Positions 50,070-60,865 of a stretch of DNA of 64,000 nt are shown here, one piece after another. Every line of letters starts with the position of its first letter. The stretch's first letter is position 1. The stretch covers positions 67,468 to 131,467 of the forward strand of contig CAZJBV010000002.1 of the NCBI GenBank assembly GCA_964544585.1. The letters run 5' to 3'. The notes beneath the pieces were generated by a model. It was not told the origin of the DNA, did no database searches, and saw only the letters and a list, made by a program, of their open reading frames with translations. The stretch is from an uncultured Gammaproteobacteria bacterium. Lineage in GTDB: Bacteria > Patescibacteriota > Microgenomatia > 2-02-FULL-39-11. The position numbers were made by a program, and so were the translations under genes.

Positions 50070-51301
50070 AAATTCTAATGCTCACTCCCTACCTTCCTTA
50101 CCCACTCCTCTCAGGTGGACAAATAAGAACATACAATCTTTTAAAAAATCTTGCCAAAAAGCACGACATCACCCTATTCTCATTTATAAGGCTTGAATCA
50201 GAAAAAAAATATATTCCTGAACTGCTAAAATTTTGCCAAAACGTTAGTACATTTAAACGACGTCCTGCATGGTCACATATAAACATCGCTTTATCTCTCC
50301 TCACCCCATTTCCTTTTTTGGTTTCCATTTATTATTCCCGCACACTACGCCGCGCTATTCAAAAGGAACTTCATAAAAACCATTATCATCTCATCCACTC
50401 CGAAACATTTTATGTCATGCCCAATATTCCTAAAACAACTGTTCCCATCCTTCTTGTGGAACAGACAATTGAATTTCTCGTCTACCAGCATTTCGTAGAA
50501 AATATTAAAATTCCTTTAAACCTCCTCTTATCCATCGACGTTGCCAAAATTCGCTTTTGGGAAAAATATTACTGGCGAAAAGCTGATAAAGTTGTGGCCA
50601 TGTCCAAAGCCGATGCCGACGTCATGGAAAAATTATCTCCTCACTTAGACGTCGATATCGTCCCCAATGGAGTCGACACCGATGAGTTTTTTAAAATCCA
50701 AAAGAAAAAAACGCGGGCTAAAACCATATTATTCGTCGGTAATTTTAAATGGCTACAAAATAAAGAAGCAGTGAAACTTTTAGTTGAAAAGATCTTTTCC
50801 CTGATTCATAAAAAACTACCAGAAGTCAAACTCTGGATAGTAGGCCGGTATCCTCCCTGGGAAATTAAAAAATATGAAAGCGGCAATATAAAAGTTTCAG
50901 ATAATATCGACGACATTAAAATAGCTTATGGTAACTCTGACGTACTTTTGGCCCCCATCTACGGACCGGGTGGCACCCGGTACAAAATTCTCGAGGCCAT
51001 GGCCGCGGGTCTTCCGGTAGTAACTACTACTCGTGGAATAGAAGGTCTCAACGCCAAAGACGGTACAGATGTCTTAGTCCGCGATTCAGTCGAAAGTCTA
51101 GCCAAGGCTACGATTGATGTCCTTATCAAAGAGAATCTTGCAAATAAATTGGCCACAAATGGTAAAAAGCTCATCGCCCAAAATTATGACTGGAAAGAAA
51201 TATCGCAAAAACTTGACAATCTCTACGAAGAAGTCGCCTCAAAACACCTCCGAGGTGTGCGCATGCACTCCTCGGAGGTGGAGGAATCTGGAAAAAGTTG
51301 A
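50066..51301 (+). CDS. GT4 glycosyltransferase with a repeat-encoded C-terminal extension
   Basis: 'GGTRYKILEAMAAGLPVV'. The last ~17 codons ('HLRGVRMHSSEVEESGKS') are encoded by GC-rich repeat B2. Confidence 0.8.
   Translation: MKILMLTPYLPYPLLSGGQIRTYNLLKNLAKKHDITLFSFIRLESEKKYIPELLKFCQNVSTFKRRPAWSHINIALSLLTPFPFLVSIYYSRTLRRAIQKELHKNHYHLIHSETFYVMPNIPKTTVPILLVEQTIEFLVYQHFVENIKIPLNLLLSIDVAKIRFWEKYYWRKADKVVAMSKADADVMEKLSPHLDVDIVPNGVDTDEFFKIQKKKTRAKTILFVGNFKWLQNKEAVKLLVEKIFSLIHKKLPEVKLWIVGRYPPWEIKKYESGNIKVSDNIDDIKIAYGNSDVLLAPIYGPGGTRYKILEAMAAGLPVVTTTRGIEGLNAKDGTDVLVRDSVESLAKATIDVLIKENLANKLATNGKKLIAQNYDWKEISQKLDNLYEEVASKHLRGVRMHSSEVEESGKS
51244..51283. repeat. GC-rich palindromic element B2 (CACCTCCGAGGTGTGCGCATGCACTCCTCGGAGGTGGAGG), forming the 3' end of a GT4 gene
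   Basis: Perfect arms cacctccgagg/cctcggaggtg around gtgtgcgcatgcact; encodes 'HLRGVRMHSSEVEE'. Confidence 0.85.
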
Positions 51302-51311
51302 TTAATTATAT

Positions 51312-52208
51312 ATGAAACTCTCAATCATCATCGTCAATTTTAATTCAGGAAAATATTTAAAAGAATGTTTGGAGTCCATTAAAAAATCTACTCTTTCACC
51401 AAATGACTATGAGGTAACAATCGTTGATAATGATTCGACAGATTCATCTTTAAAACAAGGCCTAAATGTCCAATTTTCATCTCTCCATCTTGTCAAAAAT
51501 GGCAAAAATGTCGGCTTCTCCAAGGCCAACAATCAAGGCATCAAAAAATCAGGTGGTGATTATATCCTCCTTTTAAATCCGGACACTTTACTTCAAAAAA
51601 ACACCTTAAAAATTATGATAGATTACATGGATAATAATCCAAACGTCGGAGTCTCCACTTGTAAATTACTTCTTCCAGATGGTTCATTAGATGACGCCTG
51701 TCACCGAGGTTTTCCTACTCCCTGGAATGCCTTCTGTCATTTTTCCGGAATCTCAAGTTTTTTTCCCAAAAGTAAATTCCTCAATGGTTATCATCTTGGC
51801 TACAGTAATTTAGATAAAATTCATGAAATAGACAGTTGTGTCGGTGCATTTATGCTCATCCGCAAAACAGTCGGTGAATCTCTCGGCTGGCTCGACGAAG
51901 ACTATTTTTGGTACGGAGAGGATATTGATTTTTGCTTTCGGGTAAAAGAAAAAGGCTCCACAGTAATGTTTGTTCCCACTACTTCAATCGTACACCACAA
52001 AGGCATCTCCAGTGGCATCAAAAATCACTCTAAAGATATTTCAACCGCAGACGAAACAACCCGCCTCCGCGCCTCCCACTCCCGCTTCGACGTCATGAGA
52101 ATTTTTTATAAAAAACACTATCAACACAGATACCCATTCTTATTGACAACTCTGGTTCTAAGCGGTATTAGATTAAAGCAACTTGCAAATAAATACGCAA
52201 ATCTATGA
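51312..52208 (+). CDS. GT2 glycosyltransferase (paralog of 46085..46987)
   Basis: 'LSIIIVNFNS', 'VDNDSTDSS', 'KNVGFSKANN' and 'LLLNPDT'. Confidence 0.8.
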   Translation: MKLSIIIVNFNSGKYLKECLESIKKSTLSPNDYEVTIVDNDSTDSSLKQGLNVQFSSLHLVKNGKNVGFSKANNQGIKKSGGDYILLLNPDTLLQKNTLKIMIDYMDNNPNVGVSTCKLLLPDGSLDDACHRGFPTPWNAFCHFSGISSFFPKSKFLNGYHLGYSNLDKIHEIDSCVGAFMLIRKTVGESLGWLDEDYFWYGEDIDFCFRVKEKGSTVMFVPTTSIVHHKGISSGIKNHSKDISTADETTRLRASHSRFDVMRIFYKKHYQHRYPFLLTTLVLSGIRLKQLANKYANL

Positions 52209-52915
52209 AATTTCTCATCTTTCAGCACGTCCATAACGAATCTCCCGGCTTTATAAGCGATTGGGCCAAAAAACGCAATATAAAACTCGATATCATTAAA
52301 GTCTGGAAACCTTACAAAGCGCCTCCAATTGGAAAACACGACGCTTTAATAGTCATGGGTGGGCCTATGGAAGTCTATCATGGTCCAGATAAGTATCCAT
52401 CAAAAGAGGATGAATTAAATTTTATAAAAAAGGCGATGGGGAAAATACCCATAATAGGATTTTGTCTGGGTTCTCAATTACTTGCTCATTCGCTCGGTGC
52501 AGACGTGCACAAAAATATTATTAATGGAAAATGGATCAAAGAAATAGGTTTCTACCACATAACTCTCACCAAAGAAGGACTAAAAAACCCCATTTTTAAA
52601 GGATTTCCCCCCAAAATAAAAGTACTCCAATGGCATGGGGGGGCGTTTGATCTACCTAAAAAATCTATTCTTCTGGCCACATCTCCCCTCTGCCAAAATC
52701 AGGTGTTTTCATACAAAAATGCATTTGGTTTTCTTTGTCACTTTGAATTTACTCCCCAAATGATCAAAACCCAAATAAAAAATGACCGAAAATGGATACA
52801 TGAAGAATTTGATATGGATGAGAAAAAATTACTCCGAGAGGCCGAAGAATACAAAATCCTCATGAAATCCCAATGCTTTCGATTTATGGATAGTTTTTTG
52901 GCAAACTTAAAATAA
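52205..52915 (+). CDS. class I glutamine amidotransferase-like protein
   Basis: 'ALIVMGGPM' and 'GFCLGSQLLA' (catalytic Cys in a GxCxG context). Confidence 0.7.
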   Translation: MKFLIFQHVHNESPGFISDWAKKRNIKLDIIKVWKPYKAPPIGKHDALIVMGGPMEVYHGPDKYPSKEDELNFIKKAMGKIPIIGFCLGSQLLAHSLGADVHKNIINGKWIKEIGFYHITLTKEGLKNPIFKGFPPKIKVLQWHGGAFDLPKKSILLATSPLCQNQVFSYKNAFGFLCHFEFTPQMIKTQIKNDRKWIHEEFDMDEKKLLREAEEYKILMKSQCFRFMDSFLANLK

Positions 52916-52932
52916 ATGTATAATATAGCTAT

Positions 52933-54048
52933 ATGCGTATTGGTATTGATGCTAGGCTCTGGAATGAGACTGGGGTAGGCAGGTATATTAGAAGTATATT
53001 TGAATATCTACCTCAAGTAGATGACAAAAATGAATATATTTGGTTTTTCCGTCAAAAAGAATTCAATGAAATAAAGTTTCCCCTTCCTCACTGGAAAAAA
53101 ACACTCGCCGATATCCGCTGGCATTCACTAAAAGAGCAGCTTTTACTCCCTAAAATATTCACAAAAGAGCAGCTTGATCTTCTTCACTTTCCTTACTTTT
53201 CCTTCCCCATTTTCTACAAAGGAAAGTTTGTTATTACTATCCACGATCTTATTTTTGACCACTACAAATCAGGTAGAGCCTCGACCCTTCCTTATCCCAT
53301 TTATCTCATAAAAAAAATCGGCTACCATTTCATCCTCCAAAAAGCCATAGATAAGGCCTCCAAAATAATCACCATTTCCGAAAATTCAAAGCACGAGATT
53401 ATTAATCATTATCATGCAGATCCCGGAAAAATCGTCGTCACCTACGAATCTGGATCTCTGGAAATTCCCGAAAATGCAACAAGCAATAATTCCAAAATCA
53501 AAAAACAAAAACCCTATATTCTTTACGTCGGCAATGCCCATCCCCACAAAAATGTCGAATCTCTTATTAATTCAATGTCGCTTATTCGTAAAAGACTTCC
53601 CAAACTAAAACTTATTATTATTGGTTCCGACAATTTCTTTTTCCCAAAATTAGCCAATTATATAAAAGTTCAAAAAATGCAAAATGCCGCTATATTAATC
53701 GGAGAAGTCCCAAATCAAAAATTGAGCCTTTGGTACCAAAACGCCGAATGCTTTGTTTCCGCCTCTTACATGGAAGGATTCGGCATTCCTATTCTTGAAT
53801 CCATGTCAGTCGGCTGTCCGACCGTTCTTTCTGATATCCCCATCTTTCACGAAATAGCTGGGCCTGCGGCAGCTTATTTTGATCCAGAGAGTCCCCAATC
53901 GATAGCAAATAAAATCGTCGAAGTGGTAAAAAACCTCAATACCCGAAAAAATCTACAGCAAAAAGGGTATGAAAGACTAAAACTTTTTTCTTGGAGAAAG
54001 ATGGTAGAAGAGACAGTATCAATCTACAAAGATGTGGGGAATAAATAA
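52933..54048 (+). CDS. GT4 glycosyltransferase
   Basis: 'YMEGFGIPILESMSVGCPTV'. Confidence 0.8.
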   Translation: MRIGIDARLWNETGVGRYIRSIFEYLPQVDDKNEYIWFFRQKEFNEIKFPLPHWKKTLADIRWHSLKEQLLLPKIFTKEQLDLLHFPYFSFPIFYKGKFVITIHDLIFDHYKSGRASTLPYPIYLIKKIGYHFILQKAIDKASKIITISENSKHEIINHYHADPGKIVVTYESGSLEIPENATSNNSKIKKQKPYILYVGNAHPHKNVESLINSMSLIRKRLPKLKLIIIGSDNFFFPKLANYIKVQKMQNAAILIGEVPNQKLSLWYQNAECFVSASYMEGFGIPILESMSVGCPTVLSDIPIFHEIAGPAAAYFDPESPQSIANKIVEVVKNLNTRKNLQQKGYERLKLFSWRKMVEETVSIYKDVGNK

Positions 54049-55148
54049 TGAAAGTTGTTCTTGTCTATGACAGGATAAATAAATTCGGCGGAGCCGAAAG
54101 AATTCTTCTTGCCCTTCACGAAATCTTTCCCTCGGCCCCCTTATATACGGCAGTATACGACGAAAAAAAAGCACCATGGGCCAAAATCTTCTCCCAAATT
54201 AATCCCTCTTTTTTACAAAAATTCCCACTCGCCAAATCCCACCATGAACTCTATCCCTATCTTATGCCTCTTGCCTTCGAAACATTTGACTTTGCCAATT
54301 TCGATATCGTAATTTCAGTTACCTCAGAGGCAGCCAAAGGAATAATTACCCGTCCACCTACGGTTCACATAAGCTACATACTTACCCCAACGCGCTATAT
54401 TTGGAGCGGGGAAAAGGACTATTTACAAAATCCAGGTTTTGGCCCAATCGATCCTTTATTGAAATTATTATTGCCAACACTTTTTGCCAAGTTAAGACCT
54501 ATCGACTACATTCTCGCACATCGTCCGGATAAACTTATAGCCATATCAAATAATGTAATGAATAGAATTAAAAAGTATTACCACCGCGATGCAGACGTCT
54601 TATATCCACCAATAGATACAGATTTCTTTCGTCCTAAACTCCGGAAAATTCGAACTAACTATTTCCTTCTTGTTTCTCGTCTGGTTCCTTATAAAAGGGT
54701 AGACGTTGCCATCCAAGCCTTCAATAGACTAAAATATAAGCTTGTAATCATCGGAACCGGATCCGAGAAGGATAGACTCAAAAAACTCGCCAATAAAAAT
54801 ATTCAATTCGTCGGCAGTTTGACAGACGAGAAGCTTCTAGGCTACTATCAAGATTGTATTGCTCTTATATTTACGTCAGATGAAGATTTAGGTTTGGTAC
54901 CAATCGAAGCCCAAAGTTGCGGCAAACCAGTGGTGGCCCTTAAAGGTGGGGGAGCTCTCGAGACTGTTATAGAAGGGAATACTGGCGAATTTTATGACAA
55001 GCAAGTTCCCGACAGCCTTACAAAAACCATAAATCGATTTTTAAAAAAATCATATTCGCCCGACGATTGTCGCAATAATGCTTTAAGATTTAATAAAGAG
55101 AGATTTAAAAAAGAATTTTCTATTATGATTAAAAAAATAAAAATATGA
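54048..55148 (+). CDS. GT4 glycosyltransferase
   Basis: 'EDLGLVPIEAQSCGKPVVAL'. Confidence 0.8.
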   Translation: MKVVLVYDRINKFGGAERILLALHEIFPSAPLYTAVYDEKKAPWAKIFSQINPSFLQKFPLAKSHHELYPYLMPLAFETFDFANFDIVISVTSEAAKGIITRPPTVHISYILTPTRYIWSGEKDYLQNPGFGPIDPLLKLLLPTLFAKLRPIDYILAHRPDKLIAISNNVMNRIKKYYHRDADVLYPPIDTDFFRPKLRKIRTNYFLLVSRLVPYKRVDVAIQAFNRLKYKLVIIGTGSEKDRLKKLANKNIQFVGSLTDEKLLGYYQDCIALIFTSDEDLGLVPIEAQSCGKPVVALKGGGALETVIEGNTGEFYDKQVPDSLTKTINRFLKKSYSPDDCRNNALRFNKERFKKEFSIMIKKIKI

Positions 55149-56227
55149 GATTTGTCATTTTTGCAGGAGGAGTTGGCACCAGACTTTGGCCCCTATCGCG
55201 TAAAAAATCTCCCAAACAGTTTGAAAAAGTATTAGGAGACAAATCTACTTTAGAGCTTACTGTAGAAAGAATTCTTCCTTTATCCTCGTGGGATGACATT
55301 TATCTCGCCACCGGTAGTCGTTACACCGAATTGGTTAAAAAAATTCTCCCTGGCCTTCTCCTAGAAAATATTATTGGAGAACCTGAGATGAGAGACGTCG
55401 GTCCGGCCGTGGGACTCATGGTGTCCATTTTAGCAAAAACTTCACCCCACGACCCAATTGCCATCATCTGGAGCGACCATATTATCAAAAATGAGAATAT
55501 TTTTCACAATTGTTTAAAAACGGCAGAAACATTGGTATCACAGAAAAAGGCAAATTTGGTCTTTATCACTCAAAAAGCCAGGTTCCCAAGCCAAAACCTA
55601 GGCTGGATAGAATATGGCCATAAGATTGCCAAAGTTTCGGATGTAGAAATTTATGAATTTAAAAGTTTAACATATAGACCCGATTTAGGTCTTGCCCAAA
55701 ATTTTTTTAGCAGCGGACATCACGCCTGGAATGTGGGTTATTTTGTCACTACCCCGGTATTTTTGTTGGAAAAATATCGTCAGTTTAATCCAGATCTTTA
55801 TAGTGGCCTGAAAAAAATCCAGGAATCGTTTGCGACCTCTTCTTTTACAAAAGTGCTGCGGCAAATCTATCCCAAACTCGAAAAGATTTCTTTTGACGAA
55901 GCTATTCTTTCAAAGTTGGCTCCAAAAGAGGCGCTTGTCTTGGCCGAAGAACTTGGCTGGAGCGACGTCGGCGCCTGGGAGGCTCTAAAAGAAGCGCTTC
56001 AAACTTCTCCAGATCAAAATGTCGTCCAAGGAAAAGTACTAGTTGAAGGAAGCAAAGACAGTCTAATTTATAATTACACCAATCAAATGATCGTATCCAT
56101 CGACCTAAATGGTCTTTTGGTCGTCAATACCAAAGACGTCCTTCTCATCTGCCATAAAAATTCCGTCCCCAAAATAAAAAAAGTTGTCGAAAGTTTACAA
56201 GGCAGTAAAAACGACCATCTGACATAA
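55145..56227 (+). CDS. sugar-phosphate nucleotidyltransferase (mannose-1-phosphate guanylyltransferase-like, no cupin domain)
   Basis: 'FVIFAGGVGTRLWPLSRKKSPKQF' is the ManC/CpsB N-terminal signature. Confidence 0.75.
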   Translation: MRFVIFAGGVGTRLWPLSRKKSPKQFEKVLGDKSTLELTVERILPLSSWDDIYLATGSRYTELVKKILPGLLLENIIGEPEMRDVGPAVGLMVSILAKTSPHDPIAIIWSDHIIKNENIFHNCLKTAETLVSQKKANLVFITQKARFPSQNLGWIEYGHKIAKVSDVEIYEFKSLTYRPDLGLAQNFFSSGHHAWNVGYFVTTPVFLLEKYRQFNPDLYSGLKKIQESFATSSFTKVLRQIYPKLEKISFDEAILSKLAPKEALVLAEELGWSDVGAWEALKEALQTSPDQNVVQGKVLVEGSKDSLIYNYTNQMIVSIDLNGLLVVNTKDVLLICHKNSVPKIKKVVESLQGSKNDHLT

Positions 56228-56233
56228 TACATA

Positions 56234-56890
56234 ATGTTTATTAAAGGTAAATTATACGATGCTACCCTAAAGCGTCTCGTCGACATTATCGGCGCATCTC
56301 TACTTCTTATTGTATTCTCGCCAGTATGCGCCATTATTGCCATCATGATAAAAATTGATTCCCATGGTCCAATTTTGGCCGATACTCCGCAAAGAGTAGG
56401 TAAGGGTGGCAAACTTTTTAAAATGTACAAATTCCGCTCCATGATCAATAAAGCCCACGATATTTTAAGAAAAGATCCAGATTATAAAAATCTCTACGAA
56501 CAGTACAAAAGAAATAGCTATAAGTTATTAAAAGATCCCCGCGTGACACTCATAGGACGATTTATTAGAAAGCATTCGCTGGATGAGATTCCCCAACTTA
56601 TAAATATTTTAAAGGGAGATATGAGCCTGGTAGGACCTCGGGCTTATTATCCCGACGAACTGCAAAATCAGCAAAAAAAATATCCCCATACTAGAGATAT
56701 GGTCAAGGAAGTGCTTTCCATAAAACCAGGCATTACCGGTTATTGGCAAGTATCTGGAAGAAGCGAAGTAAATTTCGATAAAAGAATTGCCATGGATAGA
56801 GATTACGTACAAAGGCGATCCCTTCTCTATGATTTAAAGATCCTCCTGAAGACTCCCTGGGCAATGATTTCTGGCAAAGGAGCAGTCTAA
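56234..56890 (+). CDS. initiating polyprenyl-phosphate sugar phosphotransferase (monotopic PglC/WbaP-C-terminal type)
   Basis: 'YKFRSM', 'DEIPQL' and 'MSLVGPR' are bacterial sugar-transferase motifs. Confidence 0.85.
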   Translation: MFIKGKLYDATLKRLVDIIGASLLLIVFSPVCAIIAIMIKIDSHGPILADTPQRVGKGGKLFKMYKFRSMINKAHDILRKDPDYKNLYEQYKRNSYKLLKDPRVTLIGRFIRKHSLDEIPQLINILKGDMSLVGPRAYYPDELQNQQKKYPHTRDMVKEVLSIKPGITGYWQVSGRSEVNFDKRIAMDRDYVQRRSLLYDLKILLKTPWAMISGKGAV

Positions 56891-56941
56891 ATTTGACTTT
56901 ATTTCCAACTATTAGCTAAAATATATTTTTATTCCCTACCC

Positions 56942-58939
56942 ATGCCCATTAATGACGGTTTCTCAAAAATAAATGTAGAAACTACTCCACCGGAGAACCA
57001 ACCCGCGGCAGAAATACAGGCAAATCAAAATAAAATTGAAAATCCTGTCAAAGAGTCAAAAATTGAAATGAAAAAGACACCCAGACTACCAATCCCCAAA
57101 AAATTTCTCCTTATTCCGGCAGCATTTATTCTTTTTATCATCTTTCTTATCGGAGTAACCATTATAATGGGTAGGGATTTTTACTATTCCGTAAAAAAAG
57201 TCCAAACAACAGGTAGAGAAGCCCTTGCCGCCGCTAAAACCCAAAATCTAGATGAAACCCAAAAAAAATTTAAACAGTTGGAACTAGAAATTGTCGATGC
57301 CCAAAACAATTACCAGAAGCTAGCTTTCTTAGGATATATTCCTCTTATCAACGCCTACTATAATGATGGTCGCCACGCTCTAAATGCCGGCCTAAACGGC
57401 GTCCAGGCAGGCATAATATCGGTTTCGGCCGTTACTCCCTATGCCGATCTTTTAGGCCTCAAAGGCAAATCTAAATTTGTCTCCGGCTCAGCAGATCAGC
57501 GCATTCAAACAGCGGTCAAAACCTTGGACAAAGTGACTCCACAGATTGGCAAAATATCAGAAAAAATTGCCGTTGTCAAAAATGAACTCGACGAAATAGA
57601 CCCCAATCGCTATCCGGAAAAAATCGGCAATACCAGTGTTAAACCACGTCTGATATCCTATCGCGAACTTTTTGATAATACCGCCAATTTATTTTTAAAC
57701 GCCACTCCACTTTTGGAAGAGTTGCCCAAACTTCTAGGAGAGCCAAAGCCAAAGCGATATCTAGTTCTTTTTCAAAACGATAAAGAACTTCGCCCCACAG
57801 GAGGCTTTATCACGGCCTATGCCGTATTCAAAGTCGAAGGTGGAAAACTCACCGTTGAAAAATCTGATGATATTTATAAACTCGACGAAATGAAACCAAA
57901 AAAATTCCCTGCTCCGCCCGAAATCCTTAAATACCATAAGGGAGTCTATTCTCTCGAACTTCGTGATAGCAACCTTTCCCCTGACTTTGATACCTCGATG
58001 AAAAAATTTGAAGAACTATTATCTTCAGTCGATGGATTTCCCGAATATGATGGAATCATCGCTCTCGATACTCATGTTTTAGTATCATCAGTGGAAATTT
58101 TAGGCGAATTTAATATTGCTGGAAGAAAATTCTCGGCAGAAATTGACGAACGCTGCGATTGTCCCAAAGTAGTTTATGAATTGGAAGACTATGCCACTCG
58201 TCCGGTTGCATATGTCAGGGCAGACCGAAAAGATATAATATCGACCCTCCTTTATGAAATTATGCAGAGAGCTCTTGGCGTTTCTCCTTCACAATATTGG
58301 GGCAGGCTTTTCCAGATGGGGCTAGAGGAAATGGAACAAAAACACATCCTTTTTGCCCTCAAAGATGCCAAAGCTCAAAAAGGTATCGAAAACCTCAATT
58401 TTGGCGGCCACATCAAGGCTTTTGACGGAAATTATCTGCACATCAACGACGCTAATATGGCGGGCGCCAAATCAAATCTTTTTGTCAAAGAATCCATAGA
58501 TTATGACTTGAACGTTGACGGAAATGGACAGGGGACTGTCACTCTTACCATAGATTATAAAAATCCCGCTCCTCCTTCAGACTGTAACCTAGAATCTGGC
58601 GGTCTTTGTCTCAATGGACTTCTTAGAAATTGGGTTCGCATTTATGTCCCCAAAGGCTCCCAGCTTATAGAATTTAAGGGATCAGAAGTGGATACTACAT
58701 CTTATACGGATCTTGGTCATACCGTCTTTGAAGGCTTCCTCACCGTCAAACCTCAAGGATCGGGAAAATTAACCGTCAAATATAAACTCCCAAGTAAAAT
58801 TGAAAGTGGCATAGACCTACCACTTCTAATTCAAAAACAGCCCGGAACCAATGGCAATAAGTACACTATCAAAGTCAATGGTCGTCAAATTGACAAATTT
58901 CCTCTCCTGACAGATAAAAAGATAATATACAAAATATAA
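56942..58939 (+). CDS. DUF4012 domain membrane-anchored protein
   Basis: N-terminal TM segment plus 'NDKELRPTGGFITAY', the conserved DUF4012 block. Confidence 0.7.
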   Translation: MPINDGFSKINVETTPPENQPAAEIQANQNKIENPVKESKIEMKKTPRLPIPKKFLLIPAAFILFIIFLIGVTIIMGRDFYYSVKKVQTTGREALAAAKTQNLDETQKKFKQLELEIVDAQNNYQKLAFLGYIPLINAYYNDGRHALNAGLNGVQAGIISVSAVTPYADLLGLKGKSKFVSGSADQRIQTAVKTLDKVTPQIGKISEKIAVVKNELDEIDPNRYPEKIGNTSVKPRLISYRELFDNTANLFLNATPLLEELPKLLGEPKPKRYLVLFQNDKELRPTGGFITAYAVFKVEGGKLTVEKSDDIYKLDEMKPKKFPAPPEILKYHKGVYSLELRDSNLSPDFDTSMKKFEELLSSVDGFPEYDGIIALDTHVLVSSVEILGEFNIAGRKFSAEIDERCDCPKVVYELEDYATRPVAYVRADRKDIISTLLYEIMQRALGVSPSQYWGRLFQMGLEEMEQKHILFALKDAKAQKGIENLNFGGHIKAFDGNYLHINDANMAGAKSNLFVKESIDYDLNVDGNGQGTVTLTIDYKNPAPPSDCNLESGGLCLNGLLRNWVRIYVPKGSQLIEFKGSEVDTTSYTDLGHTVFEGFLTVKPQGSGKLTVKYKLPSKIESGIDLPLLIQKQPGTNGNKYTIKVNGRQIDKFPLLTDKKIIYKI

Positions 58940-58942
58940 CCA

Positions 58943-59497
58943 ATGTCCCGTTACTCCTGCGAATGTATTATTCTCAAAAGACAAAATTTTGGTGAAGGCG
59001 ATAAAATAATCACAGTTTTTGCCAAGAAATTCGGCAAAATGAAAGTTTTGGCAAAAGGAATCCGTAAAATCTACAGTCGCCGTGCTCCTCACCTCGAACT
59101 TTTCAATCAAACCCGTTTACACCTTTATAAAGGCAAAAACTTTGATATCATCACCGAGGCAGAAAACGTCAGCGTCAACGAAAATCTAAAAAAGGATATT
59201 AATAAAATTGCCACGGCCTATTTTTTAGTCGAAATTGTTGACAGACTTTGTCCCGAGGGGGTTGTTCATGATGATATCTACGCCTCTCTTGTCAATGCAT
59301 TAACGCTATTAAATCATAATAGACCCGAAGACCAAAACCTCATCAAGGATGCTTTTGCCAATAATTTACTCCATTATTTGGGCTTTTTACCCTTCAGTCA
59401 AAACCTAAAAGGCACCACACTCGTAAATTATATAGAATCCATTTTGGAAGGTCGCCTCAAGACTCCCGGCATCTTGACAAAAGTTGCTCAAGATTAG
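58943..59497 (+). CDS. recO: DNA repair protein RecO (short form)
   Basis: RecO N-terminal OB-fold pattern 'CIILKRQNFGEGDKIITVFAKKFGKMKVLAKG'. Confidence 0.65.
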   Translation: MSRYSCECIILKRQNFGEGDKIITVFAKKFGKMKVLAKGIRKIYSRRAPHLELFNQTRLHLYKGKNFDIITEAENVSVNENLKKDINKIATAYFLVEIVDRLCPEGVVHDDIYASLVNALTLLNHNRPEDQNLIKDAFANNLLHYLGFLPFSQNLKGTTLVNYIESILEGRLKTPGILTKVAQD

Positions 59498-59533
59498 TAT
59501 AGTCGAATTTCAAATTTAGAGTATACTTAAATT

Positions 59534-60865
59534 ATGGATCTCATGGATAAAATAGTTTCACTTGCAAAGCGCCGGGGATTTATATATCCCGGATCAGAAA
59601 TCTATGGTGGATTATCCAATTCTTGGGATTACGGTCCCGTAGGTACCGAGCTCAAAAAAAATATCAAAGATCTCTGGTGGAAGACCTACGTTCACAGAAG
59701 AGATGACATTGTCGGCATTGATGCCGCCCTCATCATGAATCCCAAAGTCTGGGAAGCCTCGGGTCATATCGAGGGTTTTGTTGATCCGCTCAGAGAATGT
59801 AAAGTTTGCCACAAAAGATTTCGTGAAGATGCCTTTGACCCCGAAAATCCAGTTTTTATCTGTCTTGACGGAAAGCCCCACAAAAAAGAAAATTTGACAG
59901 AAACAAAGAATTTTAACCTTATGTTTAAAACTTTTGTCGGTCCAACAGAGGATTCGGAATCAAAAGCTTTTCTTCGTCCCGAGACAGCTCAGGCTATGTT
60001 TGTGGACTTTCAAAATGTATTGTCTACCCACCCCAAAAAACTTCCATTTGGTATCGCCCAAATAGGAAAAGCCTTCAGAAATGAAATAACCACCGGCCAT
60101 TTTCTTTTTAGACTTCGTGAGTTTGAACAAATGGAAATAGAATATTTCATCAGACCTCCGCAAAAAGAGGCCGAATGGCAAAATCATTTTGAAACTTGGC
60201 GAAAAGCAATGTGGGACTGGTTTACTCTCGTTGGAATTGATAAATCAAAAGTCAAAGAGCATGAAATTCCGGATGGTGAACGCGCCCATTACTCAAAAAG
60301 GACCATAGATTTTGAGTTTGAATACCCCTTTGGTTTGAAAGAACTTTACGGTCTAGCATACCGGACCGATTATGACCTCTCCCGCCACCAAAAATATTCA
60401 GGAAGAGATCTGACCTATACAGACCAGGAAACCGCAGAGAAATTTATTCCCCATGTCATCGAACCAACGTGGGGCGTAGACAGGACTATACTGGCAATAC
60501 TTCTATCTTCCTATTTCGAAGATGGAAAAAGGATTGTATTGAGGCTTCCTTCCCAAATTGCACCATATAAAGCTGCAATCTTTCCACTTGTTGCCAACAA
60601 GGAAGATCTAGTAGCTAAAGCTCGGTCCGTTTACGAGAAAATGAAAAAATCCTTGATGGTAGTTTGGGATGACCGGGGAAACATCGGCAAACGCTATTTT
60701 GCCCAGGATGAGATCGGTACCCCCTTCTGTTTGACTATTGACTATACGACATTGGATGATGATACAATAACAATACGTCATAGAGACACAACAAAGCAAG
60801 AAAGAATAAAAATTGATAAAGTAAAAGACTATATAGACAAAAACATCAATCTGTCCACCCCATGA
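59534..60865 (+). CDS. glyQS: glycine--tRNA ligase (dimeric class II type)
   Basis: 'RRGFIYPGSEIYGGL...DYGPVG' and full-length colinearity with Thermus/eukaryal-type GlyRS. Confidence 0.9.
   Translation: MDLMDKIVSLAKRRGFIYPGSEIYGGLSNSWDYGPVGTELKKNIKDLWWKTYVHRRDDIVGIDAALIMNPKVWEASGHIEGFVDPLRECKVCHKRFREDAFDPENPVFICLDGKPHKKENLTETKNFNLMFKTFVGPTEDSESKAFLRPETAQAMFVDFQNVLSTHPKKLPFGIAQIGKAFRNEITTGHFLFRLREFEQMEIEYFIRPPQKEAEWQNHFETWRKAMWDWFTLVGIDKSKVKEHEIPDGERAHYSKRTIDFEFEYPFGLKELYGLAYRTDYDLSRHQKYSGRDLTYTDQETAEKFIPHVIEPTWGVDRTILAILLSSYFEDGKRIVLRLPSQIAPYKAAIFPLVANKEDLVAKARSVYEKMKKSLMVVWDDRGNIGKRYFAQDEIGTPFCLTIDYTTLDDDTITIRHRDTTKQERIKIDKVKDYIDKNINLSTP

Noticed and set aside
50966-50980. Perfect palindrome CCGGGTGGCACCCGG inside the GT4 gene
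   Set aside because: It encodes the conserved GT4 'GPGGTRYKILEAMAAG' nucleotide-binding region. The GC richness is explained by conserved Gly/Pro/Ala codons, and the sequence shows no similarity to the CACCT/CCTGCC repeat family.
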